The notes under the pieces are model-generated. The model worked only from the letters and a program-made list of their open reading frames with translations. It ran no database searches and was not told where the DNA came from. Positions 14,401 to 28,900 of a stretch of 64,000 nt of DNA are shown here, in pieces (within the stretch, counting starts at the first letter, position 1; every line of letters begins with the position of its first letter). The DNA lies in contig OZ024741.1 in the NCBI GenBank assembly GCA_964016885.1, forward strand, positions 245,272,001-245,336,000. The letters are read 5' to 3'. Source of the DNA: Eledone cirrhosa. Its lineage: Eukaryota. The translations under genes were made by a program, and so were the position numbers.

Positions 14401-15529
14401 TTAATGGATTTTTTAAATGGATTTTTTTAATGGATTTTTTTTAATGGGTTTTTTAAATGGATTTTTTTAATGGATTTTTAATGGATTTTTAATGGATTTT
14501 TAATGGTTTTTAATGGATTTTTTAAATGGATTTTTTTAATGGATTTTTTATGGATTTTTTAAATTGATTTTTTTTAATGGATTTTTTTTAATGGATTTTT
14601 TTTAATGGATTTTTTTTTTTAATGGATTTTTTTTTAATGGGTTTTTTTAATGGCTTTTTTAAATGGATTTTTTTAATGGATTTCTTTAATGGATTTTTTT
14701 AATGGATTTTTTTTTAATGGGTTTTTTTAATGGCTTTTTTAAATGGATTTTTTTAATGGATTTTTTTTAATGGGTTTTTTTTTAATGGATTTTTTTTAAT
14801 GGATTTTTTAAATGGATTTTTTTAATGAATTTTTTTTAATGGGTTTTTTTAAATGGATTTTTTTTAATGGATTTTTTAAATGAATTTTTTTAATGGATTT
14901 TTTTAATGGGTTTTTTAAATGGATTTTTTAATGGATTTTTAATGGGTTTTTAATGGATTTTTTAATGGATTTTTTTAAATGGATTTTTTTAATGGATTTT
15001 TAATGGATTTTTTTTAATGGATTTTTTTAATGGATTTTTTAATGGATTTTTTAATGGATTTTTTTTAATGGATTTTTTTAATGGATTTTTTAAATGGATT
15101 TTTTAATGGATTTTTTTAATGGGTTTTTTTTAATGGATTTTTTTTTAATGGATTTTTTAAATGGATTTTTTTAATGGATTTTTTTTAATGGGTTTTTTAA
15201 ATGGATTTTTTAATGGATTTTTAATGGATTTTTAATGGATTTTTAATGGGTTTTTAATGGATTTTTTTAAATGGATTTTTTTAATGGATTTTTAATGGAT
15301 TTTTTTAAATTGATTTTTTTTAATGGATTTTTTTTTTAATGGATTTTTTTTTAATGGATTTTTTTTCAATGGATTTTTTTAATGGGTTTTTTAAATGGAT
15401 TTTTTAATGGATTTTTAATGGATTTTTAATGGGTTTTTTTAAATTGATTTTTTTAATGGGTTTTTTTTAATGGCTTTTTTTTAATGGGTTTTTTAATGGC
15501 TTTTTTAAATGGATTTTTTTAATGGATTT

Positions 15530-18500
15530 TTTAATGGATTTTTTTTAATGGGTTTTTTAAATGGATTTTTTAATGGATTTTTTTAAATGGATTTTTTTAA
15601 TGGATTTTTAATGGATTTTTTTAAATTGATTTTTTTTAATGGATTTTTTTTAATGGATTTTTTTTTTAATGGATTTTTTTAATGGGTTTTTTTAATGGCT
15701 TTTTTAAATGGATTTTTTTAATGGTTTTTTTTTTATGGGTTTTTTAAATGGATTTTTTAATGGATTTTTAATTGATTTTTAATGGATTTTTAATGGATTT
15801 TTAATGGGTTTTTAATGGATTTTTTTAAATGGATTTTTTTAATGGATTTTTAATGGATTTTTTTAATGGATTTTTTTAATGGGTTTTTTTAATGGATTTT
15901 TTTTTAATGGATTTTTTTTAATGGGTTTTTTTTAATGGATTTTTTTTAATGGATTTTTTAAATGGATTTTTTTAATGGATTTTTTTTAATGGGTTTTTTT
16001 AAATGGATTTTTTTTAATGGATTTTTTAAATGAATTTTTTTAATGGATTTTTTTAATGGGTTTTTTAAATGGATTTTTTAATGGATTTTTAATGGATTTT
16101 TAATGGATTTTTAATGGATTTTTTAATGGATTTTTTTAAATGGATTTTTTTAATGGATTTTTAATGCATTTTTTTTAATGGATTTTTTTAATGGATTTTT
16201 TTTTTAATGGATTTTTTTTTAATGGATTTTTTTTTAATGAATTTTTTTTAATGGGTTTTTTAAATGGATTTTTTAATGGATTTTTAATGGATTTTTAATG
16301 GGTTTTTAATGGATTTTTTAATGGATTTTTTTAAATGGATTTTTTTAATGGATTTTTAATGGATTTTTTTTAATGGATTTTTTTAATGGATTTTTTAATG
16401 GATTTTTTAATGGATTTTTTTTAATGGATTTTTTTAATGGATTTTTTAAATGGATTTTTTTAATGGATTTTTTTAATGGTTTTTTTTAATGGATTTTTTT
16501 TTAATGGATTTTTTAAATGGATTTTTTTAATGGATTTTTTTTAATGGGTTTTTTAAATGGATTTTTTAATGGATTTTTAATGGATTTTTAATGGATTTTT
16601 AATGGGTTTTTAATGGATTTTTTTAAATGGATTTTTTTAATGGATTTTTAATGGATTTTTTTAAATTGATTTTTTTTAATGGATTTTTTTTTTAATGGAT
16701 TTTTTTTTAATGGATTTTTGTTTAATGGATTTTTTTAATGGGTTTTTTAAATGGATTTTTTAATGGATTTTTAATGGATTTATAATGGGTTTTTTTAAAT
16801 TGATTTTTTTAATGGGTTTTTTTAATGGCTTTTTTTAAATGGGTTTTTTTAATGGCTTTTTTAAATGGATTTTTTTAATGGATTTTTTAATGGATTTTTT
16901 TTAATGGGTTTTTTAAATGGATTTTTTAATGGATTTTTTTAAATGGATTTTTTTAATGGATTTTTAATGGATTTTTTTAAATTGATTTTTTTTAATGGAT
17001 TTTTTTTAATGGATTTTTTTTTTAATGGATTTTTTTAATGCGTTTTTTTAATGGCTTTTTTAAATGGATTTTTTTAATGGTTTTTTTTTAATGGGTTTTT
17101 TAAATGGATTTTTTAATGGATTTTTAATTGATTTTTAATGGATTTTTAATGGGTTTTTAATGGATTTTTGAAATGGATTTTTTAATGGATTTTTTTTAAT
17201 GGGTTTTTTAAATGGATTTTTTTAATGGATTTTTAATGGATTTTTAATGGATTTTTAATGGGTTTTTAATGGATTTTTTAAATGGATTTTTTTAATGGAT
17301 TTTTAATGGATTTTTTTAATGGATTTTTTTTAATGGTTTCTTTTAATGGATTTTTTTTTAATGGATTTTTTTTAATGGGTTTTTTTTTAATGGATTTTTT
17401 TTAATGGATTTTTTTTAATGGGTTTTTTAAATGGATTTTTTAATGGATTTTTTTAAATGGATTTTTTTAATGGATTTTTAATGGATTTTTTTAAATTGAT
17501 TTTTTTTAATGGATTTTTTTTAATGGATTTTTTTTTAATGGATTTTTTTAATGGGTTTTTTTAATGGCTTTTTTAAATGGATTTTTTTAATGGTTTTTTT
17601 TTTATGGGTTTTTTAAATGGATTTTTTAATGGATTTTTAATTGATTTTTAATGGATTTTTAATGGATTTTTAATGGGTTTTTAATGGATTTTTTTAAATG
17701 GATTTTTTTAATGGATTTTTAATGGATTTTTTTAATGGATTTTTTTAATGGGTTTTTTTAATGGATTTTTTTTTAATGGATTTTTTTTAATGGGTTTTTT
17801 TTAATGGATTTTTTTTAATGGATTTTTTAAATGGATTTTTTTAATGGATTTTTTTTAATGGGTTTTTTTAAATGGATTTTTTTTAATGGATTTTTTAAAT
17901 GAATTTTTTTAATGGATTTTTTTAATGGGTTTTTTAAATGGATTTTTTAATGGATTTTTAATGGATTTTTAATGGATTTTTAATGGATTTTTTAATGGAT
18001 TTTTTTAAATGGATTTTTTTAATGGATTTTGAATGCATTTTTTTTAATGGATTTTTTTAATGGATTTTTTTTTTAATGGATTTTTTTTTAATGGATTTTT
18101 TTTTAATGAATTTTTTTTAATGGGTTTTTTAAATGGATTTTTTAATGGATTTTTAATGGATTTTTAATGGGTTTTTAATGGATTTTTTAATGGATTTTTT
18201 AAATGGATTTTTTTAATGGATTTTTAATGGATTTTTTTTAATGGATTTTTTTAATGGATTTTTTAATGGATTTTTTAATGGATTTTTTTTAATGGATTTT
18301 TTTAATGGATTTTTTAAATGGATTTTTTTAATGGATTTTTTTAATGGTTTTTTTTTAATGGATTTTTTTTTAATGGATTTTTTAAATGGATTTTTTTAAT
18401 GGATTTTTTTTAATGGGTTTTTTAAATGGATTTTTTAATGGATTTTTAATGGATTTTTAATGGATTTTTAATGGGTTTTTAATGGATTTTTTTAAATGGA

Positions 18501-19270
18501 TTTTTTTAATGGATTTTTAATGGATTTTTTTAAATTGATTTTTTTTAATGGATTTTTTTTTTAATGGATTTTTTTTTAATGGATTTTTTTTTAATGGATT
18601 TTTTTAATGGGTTTTTTAAATGGATTTTTTAATGGATTTTTAATGGATTTATAATGGGTTTTTTTAAATTGATTTTTTTAATGGGTTTTTTTAATGGCTT
18701 TTTTTAAATGGGTTTTTTTAATGGCTTTTTTAAATGGATTTTTTTAATGGATTTTTTAATGGATTTTTTTTAATGGGTTTTTTAAATGGATTTTTTAATG
18801 GATTTTTTTAAATGGATTTTTTTAATGGATTTTTAATGGATTTTTTTAAATTGATTTTTTTTAATGGATTTTTTTTAATGGATTTTTTTTTTAATGGATT
18901 TTTTTAATGCGTTTTTTTAATGGCTTTTTTAAATGGATTTTTTTAATGGTTTTTTTTTAATGGGTTTTTTAAATGGATTTTTTAATGGATTTTTAATTGA
19001 TTTTTAATGGATTTTTAATGGGTTTTTAATGGATTTTTGAAATGGATTTTTTAATGGATTTTTTTTAATGGGTTTTTTAAATGGATTTTTTTAATGGATT
19101 TTTAATGGATTTTTAATGGATTTTTAATGGGTTTTTAATGGATTTTTTAAATGGATTTTTTTAATGGATTTTTAATGGATTTTTTTAATGGATTTTTTTT
19201 AATGGTTTCTTTTAATGGATTTTTTTTAATGGATTTTTTTTAATGGGTTTTTTTTTTAATGGATTTTTTT
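15530..19270 (+). repeat. Direct tandem duplication, unit 1,869 bp
   Basis: Constant +1869 offset: ATGCAT 16164/18033, AATGCG 17037/18906, TGAAATGG 17170/19039, GGTTTCTTTT 17340/19209. Confidence 0.88.
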
Positions 19271-22200
19271 TAATGGATTTTTTTAATGGATTTTTTTAAT
19301 GGATTTTTAATGGATTTTTTTTAATGGATTTTTTTAATGGATTTTTTAATGGATTTTTTTATGGATTTTTTTTAATGGATTTTTTTTAATGGATTTTTTA
19401 AATGGATTTTTTTAATGGATTTTTTTAATGGGTTTTTTTAATGGATTTCTTTTTAATGGATTTTTTAAATGGATTTTTTTAATGGATTTTTTTAATGGGT
19501 TTTTTAAATGGATTTTTTAATGTATTTTTAATGGATTTTTAATGGATTTTTAATGGGTTTTTAATGGATTTTTTTTAATGGATTTTTTTAATGGATTTTT
19601 AATGGATTTTTTTAATGGATTTTTTTTAATGGGTTTTTTTTAATGGATTTTTTTTTAATGGATTTTTTTAATGGGTTTTTTAAATGGATTTTTTACTGGA
19701 TTTTTAATGGATTTTTAATGGGTTTTTAATGGATTTTTTTAAATTGATTTTTTTAATGGGTTTTTTTTAATGGCTTTTTTTTAATGGGTTTATTTAATGG
19801 CTTTTTTAAATGGATTTTTTAAATGGATTTTTTTAATGGATTTTTTTTAATGGGTTTTTTAAATGGATTTTTTAATGGATTTTTTTAAATTGATTTTTTT
19901 TAATGGATTTTTTTTAATGGATTTTTTTTTTAATGGATTTTTTTAATGGGTTTTTTTAATGGCTTTTTTAAATGGATTTTTTTAATGGATTTTTTTAATG
20001 GATTTTTTTTAATGGGTTTTTTAAATGGATTTTTTAATGGATTTTTAATAGATTTTTAATGGATTTTTAATGGGTTTTTAATGGATTTTTTAAATGGATT
20101 TTTTTAATGGATTTTTTTAATGGATTTTTTTAATGGATTTTTTTTAATGGGTTTTTTAAATGGATTTTTTAATGGATTTTTAATAGATTTTTAATGGATT
20201 TTTAATGGATTTTTAATGGATTTTTAATGGATTTTTAATGGTTTTTAATGGATTTTTTAAATGGATTTTTTTAATGGATTTTTTATGGATTTTTTAAATT
20301 GATTTTTTTTAATGGATTTTTTTTAATGGATTTTTTTTAATGGATTTTTTTTTTTAATGGATTTTTTTTTAATGGGTTTTTTTAATGGCTTTTTTAAATG
20401 GATTTTTTTAATGGATTTCTTTAATGGATTTTTTTAATGGATTTTTTTTAATGGGTTTTTTTAATGGCTTTTTTAAATGGATTTTTTTAATGGATTTTTT
20501 TTAATGGGTTTTTTTTTAATGGATTTTTTTTAATGGATTTTTTAAATGGATTTTTTTAATGAATTTTTTTTAATGGGTTTTTTTAAATGGATTTTTTTTA
20601 ATGGATTTTTTAAATGAATTTTTTTAATGGATTTTTTTAATGGGTTTTTTTAAATGGATTTTTTAATGGATTTTTAATGGATTTTTAATGGGTTTTTAAT
20701 GGATTTTTTAATGGATTTTTTTAAATGGATTTTTTTAATGGATTTTTAATGGATTTTTTTTAATGGATTTTTTTAATGGATTTTTTAATGGATTTTTTAA
20801 TGGATTTTTTTTAATGGATTTTTTTAATGGATTTTTTAAATGGATTTTTTAATGGATTTTTTTAATGGTTTTTTTTTAATGGATTTTTTTTTAATGGATT
20901 TTTTTAATGGATTTTTTTAATGGATTTTTTTTAATGGGTTTTTTAAATGGATTTTTTAATGGATTTTTAATGGATTTTTAATGGATTTTTAATGGGTTTT
21001 TAATGGATTTTTTTAAATGGATTTTTTTAATGGATTTTTAATGGATTTTTTTAAATTGATTTTTTTTAATGGATTTTTTTTTTAATGAATTTTTTTTTAA
21101 TGGATTTTTTTTTAATGGATTTTTTTAATGGGTTTTTTAAATGGATTTTTTAATGGATTTTTAATGGATTTTTAATGGGTTTTTTTAAATTGATTTTTTT
21201 AATGGGTTTTTTTTAATGGCTTTTTTTAATGGCTTTTTTTAATGGCTTTTTTAAATGGATTTTTTTAATGGATTTTTTAATGGATTTTTTTTAATGGGTT
21301 TTTTAAATGGATTTTTTAATGGATTTTTTTTTAATGGATTTTTTTAATGGATTTTTAATTGATTTTTTTAAATTGATTTTTTTTAATGGATTTTTTTTAA
21401 TGGATTTTTTTTTTAATGGATTTTTTTAATGGGTTTTTTTAATGGCTTTTTTAAATGAATTTTTTTAATGGTTTTTTTTTAATGGGTTTTTTAAATGGAT
21501 TTTTTAATGGATTTTTAATTGATTTTTAATGGATTTTTAATGGGTTTTTAATGGATTTTTGAAATGGATTTTTTAATGGATTTTTTTAATGGGTTTTTTA
21601 AATGGATTTTTTTAATGGATTTTTAATGGATTTTTAATGGGTTTTTAATGGATTTTTTAAATGGATTTTTTTAATGGATTTTTAATGGATTTTTTAAATT
21701 GATTTTTTTTAATGGGTTTTTTTAAATGGATTTTTTTTAATGGATTTTTTAAATGGATTTTTTAATGGCTTTTTTTAATGGGTTTTTTAAATGGATTTTT
21801 TAATGGATTTTTAATGGATTTTTAATGCATTTTTAATGGATTTTTAATGGATTTTTTAATGACTTTTTTTAAATGGATTTTTAATGGATTTTTTCTATGG
21901 ATTTTTTTTAATGGATTTTTTTTAATGGATTTTTTTTTTTAATGGATTTTTTTTTAATGGGTTTTTTTAATGGCTTTTTTAAATGGATTTTATTAATGGA
22001 TTTTTTTAATGGATTTTTTTAATGGATTTTTTTAATGGTTTTTTTAAATGGATTTTTTAATGGATTTTTAATGGATTTTTAATGGATTTTTAATGGGTTT
22101 TTAATGGATTTTTTAAATGGATTTTTTTAATGGATTTTTAATGGATTTTTTTAATGGATTTTTTTTAATGGTTTCTTTTAATGGATTTTTTTTTAATGGA

Positions 22201-25200
22201 TTTTTTTTAATGGGTTTTTTTTTAATGGATTTTTTTTAATGGATTTTTTTAATGGATTTTTTAATGGATTTTTAATGGATTTTTTTTAATGGATTTTTTT
22301 TAATGGATTTTTTAAATGGATTTTTTTAATTGATTTTTTTAATGGTTTTTTTTTAATGGTTTTTTTTTAATGGATTTTTAAATGGATTTTTTTAATGGAT
22401 TTTTTTAATGGGTTTTTTAAATGGATTTTTTAATGGATTTTTAATGGATTTTTAATGGATTTTTAATGGGTTTTTAATGGATTTTTTTAAATGGATTTTT
22501 TTAATGGATTTTTAATGGATTTTTTTAAATTGATTTTTTTAATGGATTTTTTTTTTAATGGATTTTTTTTAATGGATTTTTGTTTTAATGGATTTTTTTT
22601 AATGGGTTTTTTAAATGGATTTTTTAATGGATTTTTAATGGATTTTTAATGGGTTTTTAATGGATTTTTTTAAATGGATTTTTTTAATGGATTTTTAATG
22701 GATTTTTTTAAATTGATTTTTTTAATGGGTTTTTTTAATGGCTTTTTTTTAATGGGTTTTTTTAATGGCTTTTTTAAATGGATTTTTTAAATGGATTTTT
22801 TTAATGGATTTTTTTTAATGGGTTTTTTAAATGGATTTTTTAATGGATTTTTTTAAATGTTTTTTTTAATGGATTTTTAATGGATTTTTTTAAATTGATT
22901 TTTTTAATGGATTTTTTTTAATGGATTTTTTTTTAATGGATTTTTTTAATGGGTTTTTTTAATGGCTTTTTTAAATGGATTTTTTTAATGGATTTTTTTA
23001 TTGGATTTTTTTAATGGGTTTTTTAATGGATTTTTAATGGATTTTTTTAAATTGATTTTTTTTAATGGATTTTTTTTTTAATGGATTTTTTTTTAATGGA
23101 TTTTTTTTTAATGGATTTTTTTTAATGGGTTTTTTAAATGGATTTTTTAATGGATTTTTAATGGATTTTTAATGGGTTTTTAATGGATTTTTTTAAATGG
23201 ATTTTTTTAATGGATTTTTAATGGATTTTTTTAAATTGATTTTTTTAATGGGTTTTTTTTAATGGCTTTTTTTAATGGGTTTTTTTAATGGATTTTTTTA
23301 ATGGATTTTTTTAATGGATTTTTTTTAATGGGTTTTTTAAATGGATTTTTTAATGGATTTTTTTAAATGGATTTTTTTAATGGATTTTTAATGGATTTTT
23401 TTAAATTGATTTTTTTTAATGGATTTTTTTTTTAATGGATTTTTTTTTAATGGATTTTTTTTAATGGATTTTTTTAATGGGTTTTTTAAATGGATTTTTT
23501 AATGGATTTTTAATGGATTTATAATGGGTTTTTTTAAATTGATTTTTTTAATGGGTTTTTTTAATGGCTTTTTTTAAATGGGTTTTTTTAATGGCTTTTT
23601 TAAATGGATTTTTTTAATGGATTTTTTAATGGATTTTTTTTAATGGGTTTTTTAAATGGATTTTTTAATGGATTTTTTTAAATGGATTTTTTTAATGGAT
23701 TTTTAATGGATTTTTTTAAATTGATTTTTTTTAATTGATTTTTTTTAATGGATTTTTTTCTTAATGGATTTTTTTAATGGGTTTTTTTAATGGCTTTTTT
23801 AAATGGATTTTTTTAATGGTTTTTTTTTAATGGGTTTTTTAAATGGATTTTTTAATGGATTTTTAATTGATTTTTAATGGATTTTTAATGGGTTTTTAAT
23901 GGATTTTTGAAATGGATTTTTTAATGGATTTTTTTTAATGGGTTTTTTAAATGGATTTTTTTAATGGATTTTTAATGGATTTTTAATGGATTTTTAATGG
24001 GTTTTTAATGGATTTTTTAAATGGATTTTTTTAATGGATTTTTAATGGATTTTTTTAATGGATTTTTTTTAATGGTTTCTTTTAATGGATTTTTTTTTAA
24101 TGGATTTTTTTTAATGGGTTTTTTTTTAATGGATTTTTTTTAATGGATTTTTTTAATGGATTTTTTTAATGGATTTTTAATGGATTTTTTTTAATGGATT
24201 TTTTTAATGGATTTTTTAATGGATTTTTTTATGGATTTTTTTTAATGGATTTTTTTTAATGGATTTTTTAAATGGATTTTTTTAATGGATTTTTTTAATG
24301 GGTTTTTTTAATGGATTTCTTTTTAATGGATTTTTTAAATGGATTTTTTTAATGGATTTTTTTAATGGGTTTTTTAAATGGATTTTTTAATGTATTTTTA
24401 ATGGATTTTTAATGGATTTTTAATGGGTTTTTAATGGATTTTTTTTAATGGATTTTTTTAATGGATTTTTTTAATGGATTTTTTTTAATGGGTTTTTTTA
24501 ATGGCTTTTTTAAATGGATTTTTTTAATGGATTTTTTTTAATGGGTTTTTTTTTAATGGATTTTTTTTAATGGATTTTTTAAATGGATTTTTTTAATGAA
24601 TTTTTTTTAATGGGTTTTTTTAAATGGATTTTTTTTAATGGATTTTTTAAATGAATTTTTTTAATGGATTTTTTTAATGGGTTTTTTAAATGGATTTTTT
24701 AATGGATTTTTAATGGATTTTTAATGGGTTTTTAATGGATTTTTTAATGGATTTTTTTAAATGGATTTTTTTAATGGATTTTTAATGGATTTTTTTTAAT
24801 GGATTTTTTTAATGGATTTTTTAATGGATTTTTTAATGGATTTTTTTTAATGGATTTTTTTAATGGATTTTTTAAATGGATTTTTTAATGGATTTTTTTA
24901 ATGGGTTTTTTTTAATGGATTTTTTTTTAATGGATTTTTTAAATGGATTTTTTTAATGGATTTTTTTTAATGGGTTTTTTAAATGGATTTTTTAATGGAT
25001 TTTTAATGGATTTTTAATGGATTTTTAATGGGTTTTTAATGGATTTTTTTAAATGGATTTTTTTAATGGATTTTTAATGGATTTTTTTAAATTGATTTTT
25101 TTTAATGGATTTTTTTTTTAATGGATTTTTTTTTAATGGATTTTTTTTTAATGGATTTTTTTAATGGGTTTTTTAAATGGATTTTTTAATGGATTTTTAA

Positions 25201-25960
25201 TGGATTTTTAATGGGTTTTTTTAAATTGATTTTTTTAATGGGTTTTTTTTAATGGCTTTTTTTAATGGGTTTTTTTAATGGCTTTTTTAAATGGATTTTT
25301 TTAATGGATTTTTTAATGGATTTTTTTTAATGGGTTTTTTAAATGGATTTTTTAATGGATTTTTTTAAATGGATTTTTTTAATGGATTTTTAATGGATTT
25401 TTTTAAATTGATTTTTTTTAATGGATTTTTTTTAATGGATTTTTTTTTTAATGGATTTTTTTAATGGGTTTTTTTAATGGCTTTTTTAAATGGATTTTTT
25501 TAATGGTTTTTTTTTAATGGGTTTTTTAAATGGATTTTTTAATGGATTTTTAATTGATTTTTAATGGATTTTTAATGGGTTTTTAATGGATTTTTTTAAA
25601 TGGATTTTTTTAATGGATTTTTAATGGATTTTTTTAAATTGATTTTTTTAATGGATTTTTTTTTTAATGGATTTTTTTTAATGGATTTTTGTTTTAATGG
25701 ATTTTTTTTAATGGGTTTTTTAAATGGATTTTTTAATGGATTTTTAATGGATTTTTAATGGGTTTTTAATGGATTTTTTTTAATGGATTTTTTTAATGGA
25801 TTTTTAATGGCTTTTTTTAAATTGATTTTTTTAATGGGTTTTTTTAATGGCTTTTTTTTAATGGGTTTTTTTAATGGCTTTTTTAAATGGATTTTTTTAA
25901 TGGATTTTTTTAATGGATTTTTTTAATGGGTTTTTTAAATGGATTTTTTAATGGATTTTT
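17701..25960 (+). repeat. Copy 2 of the >=8.3 kb block (offset 17,700-17,701)
   Basis: Same markers as copy 1. The differences I noticed are single-T indels and AATAAAT (~2346) versus AATAGAT (~20047). Confidence 0.93.
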
Positions 25961-28900
25961 TTAAATGTTTTTTTTAATGGATTTTTAATGGATTTTTTTA
26001 AATTGATTTTTTTTAATGGATTTTTTTTAATGGATTTTTTTTTAATGGATTTTTTTAATGGGTTTTTTTAATGGCTTTTTTAAATGGATTTTTTTAATGG
26101 ATTTTTTTATTGGATTTTTTTAATGGGTTTTTTAATGGATTTTTAATGGATTTTTTTAAATTGATTTTTTTTAATGGATTTTTTTTTTAATGGATTTTTT
26201 TTTAATGGATTTTTTTTTAATGGATTTTTTTTAATGGGTTTTTTTAATGGGTTTTTTAAATGGATTTTTTAATGGATTTTTAATAGATTTTTAATGGATT
26301 TTTAATGGGTTTTTAATGGATTTTTTAAATGGATTTTTTTTAATGGATTTTTTTTAATGGGTTTTTTAAATGGATTTTTTTAATGGATTTTTAATGGATT
26401 TTTAATGGATTTTTAATGGTTTTTAATGGATTTTTTAAATGGATTTTTTTAATGGATTTTTTATGGATTTTTTAAATTGATTTTTTTAATGGATTTTTTT
26501 TAATGGATTTTTTTTAATGGATTTTTTTTTTTAATGGATTTTTTTTTAATGGGTTTTTTTAATGGCTTTTTTAAATGGATTTTTTTAATGGATTTCTTTA
26601 ATGGATTTTTTTAATGGATTTTTTTAATGGGTTTTTTTAATGGCTTTTTTAAATGGATTTTTTTAATGGATTTTTTTTAATGGGTTTTTTTTTAATGGAT
26701 TTTTTTTAATGGATTTTTTAAATGGATTTTTTTAATGAATTTTTTTTAATGGGTTTTTTTAAATGGATTTTTTTTAATGGATTTTTTAAATGAATTTTTT
26801 TAATGGATTTTTTTAATGGGTTTTTTAAATGGATTTTTTAATGGATTTTTAATGGATTTTTAATGGGTTTTTAATGGATTTTTTAATGGATTTTTTTAAA
26901 TGGATTTTTTTAATGGATTTTTAATGGATTTTTTTTAATGGATTTTTTTAATGGATTTTTTAATGGATTTTTTAATGGATTTTTTTTAATGGATTTTTTT
27001 AATGGATTTTTTAAATGGATTTTTTAATGGATTTTTTTAATGGGTTTTTTTTAATGGATTTTTTTTTAATGGATTTTTTAAATGGATTTTTTTAATGGAT
27101 TTTTTTTAATGGGTTTTTTAAATGGATTTTTTAATGGATTTTTAATGGATTTTTAATGGATTTTTAATGGGTTTTTAATGGATTTTTTTAAATGGATTTT
27201 TTTAATGGATTTTTAATGGATTTTTTTAAATTGATTTTTTTTAATGGATTTTTTTTTAATGGATTTTTTTTTAATGGATTTTTTTTTAATGGATTTTTTT
27301 AATGGGTTTTTTAAATGGATTTTTTAATGGATTTTTAATGGATTTTTAATGGGTTTTTTTAAATTGATTTTTTTAATGGGTTTTTTTTAATGGCTTTTTT
27401 TTAATGGGTTTTTTTAATGGCTTTTTTAAATGGATTTTTTTAATGGATTTTTTAATGGATTTTTTTTAATGGGTTTTTTAAATGGATTTTTTAATGGATT
27501 TTTTTAAATGGATTTTTTTAATGGATTTTTAATGGATTTTTTTAAATTGATTTTTTTTAATGGATTTTTTTTAATGGATTTTTTTTTTAATGGATTTTTT
27601 TAATGGGTTTTTTTAATGGCTTTTTTAAATGGATTTTTTTAATGGTTTTTTTTTAATGGGTTTTTTAAATGGATTTTTTAATGGATTTTTAATTGATTTT
27701 TAATGGATTTTTAATGGATTTTTAATGGGTTTTTAATGGATTTTTTTTAATGGATTTTTTTAATGGATTTTTAATGGATTTTTTTAATGGATTTTTTTAA
27801 TGGGTTTTTTTAATGGATTTTTTTTTAATGGATTTTTTTAATGGGTTTTTTTTAATGGATTTTTTTAATGGATTTTTTAAATGGATTTTTTTAATGGATT
27901 TTTTTTAATGGGTTTTTTTAAATGGATTTTTTTTAATGGATTTTTAAATGAATTTTTTTAATGGATTTTTTAATGGGTTTTTTAAATGGATTTTTTAATG
28001 GATTTTTAATGGATTTTTAATGGATTTTTAATGGATTTTTTAATGGATTTTTTTAAATGGATTTTTTTAATGGATTTTTAATGCATTTTTTTTAATGGAT
28101 TTTTTTAATGGATTTTTTTTTTAATGGATTTTTTTTTAATGGATTTTTTTTTAATGAATTTTTTTTAATGGGTTTTTTAAATGGATTTTTTAATGGATTT
28201 TTAATGGATTTTTAATGGGTTTTTAATGGATTTTTTAATGGATTTTTTTAAATGGATTTTTTTAATGGATTTTTAATGGATTTTTTTTAATGGATTTTTT
28301 TAATGGATTTTTTAATGGATTTTTTAATGGATTTTTTTTAATGGATTTTTTTAATGGATTTTTTAAATGGATTTTTTTAATGGATTTTTTTAATGGTTTT
28401 TTTTTAATGGATTTTTTTTAATGGATTTTTAAATGGATTTTTTTAATGGATTTTTTTTAATGGGTTTTTTAAATGGATTTTTTAATGGATTTTTAATGGA
28501 TTTTTAATGGATTTTTAATGGGTTTTTAATGGATTTTTTTAAATGGATTTTTTTAATGGATTTTTAATGGATTTTTTTAAATTGATTTTTTTTAATGGAT
28601 TTTTTTTTTAATGGATTTTTTTTTAATGGATTTTTTTATTAATGGATTTTTTTAATGGGTTTTTTAAATGGATTTTTTAATGGATTTTTAATGGATTTAT
28701 AATGGGTTTTTTTAAATTGATTTTTTTAATGGGTTTTTTTAATGGCTTTTTTTAAATGGGTTTTTTTAATGGCTTTTTTAAATGGATTTTTTTAATGGAT
28801 TTTTTAATGGATTTTTTTTAATGGGTTTTTTAAATGGATTTTTTAATGGATTTTTTTAAATGGATTTTTTTAATGGATTTTTAATGGATTTTTTTAAATT

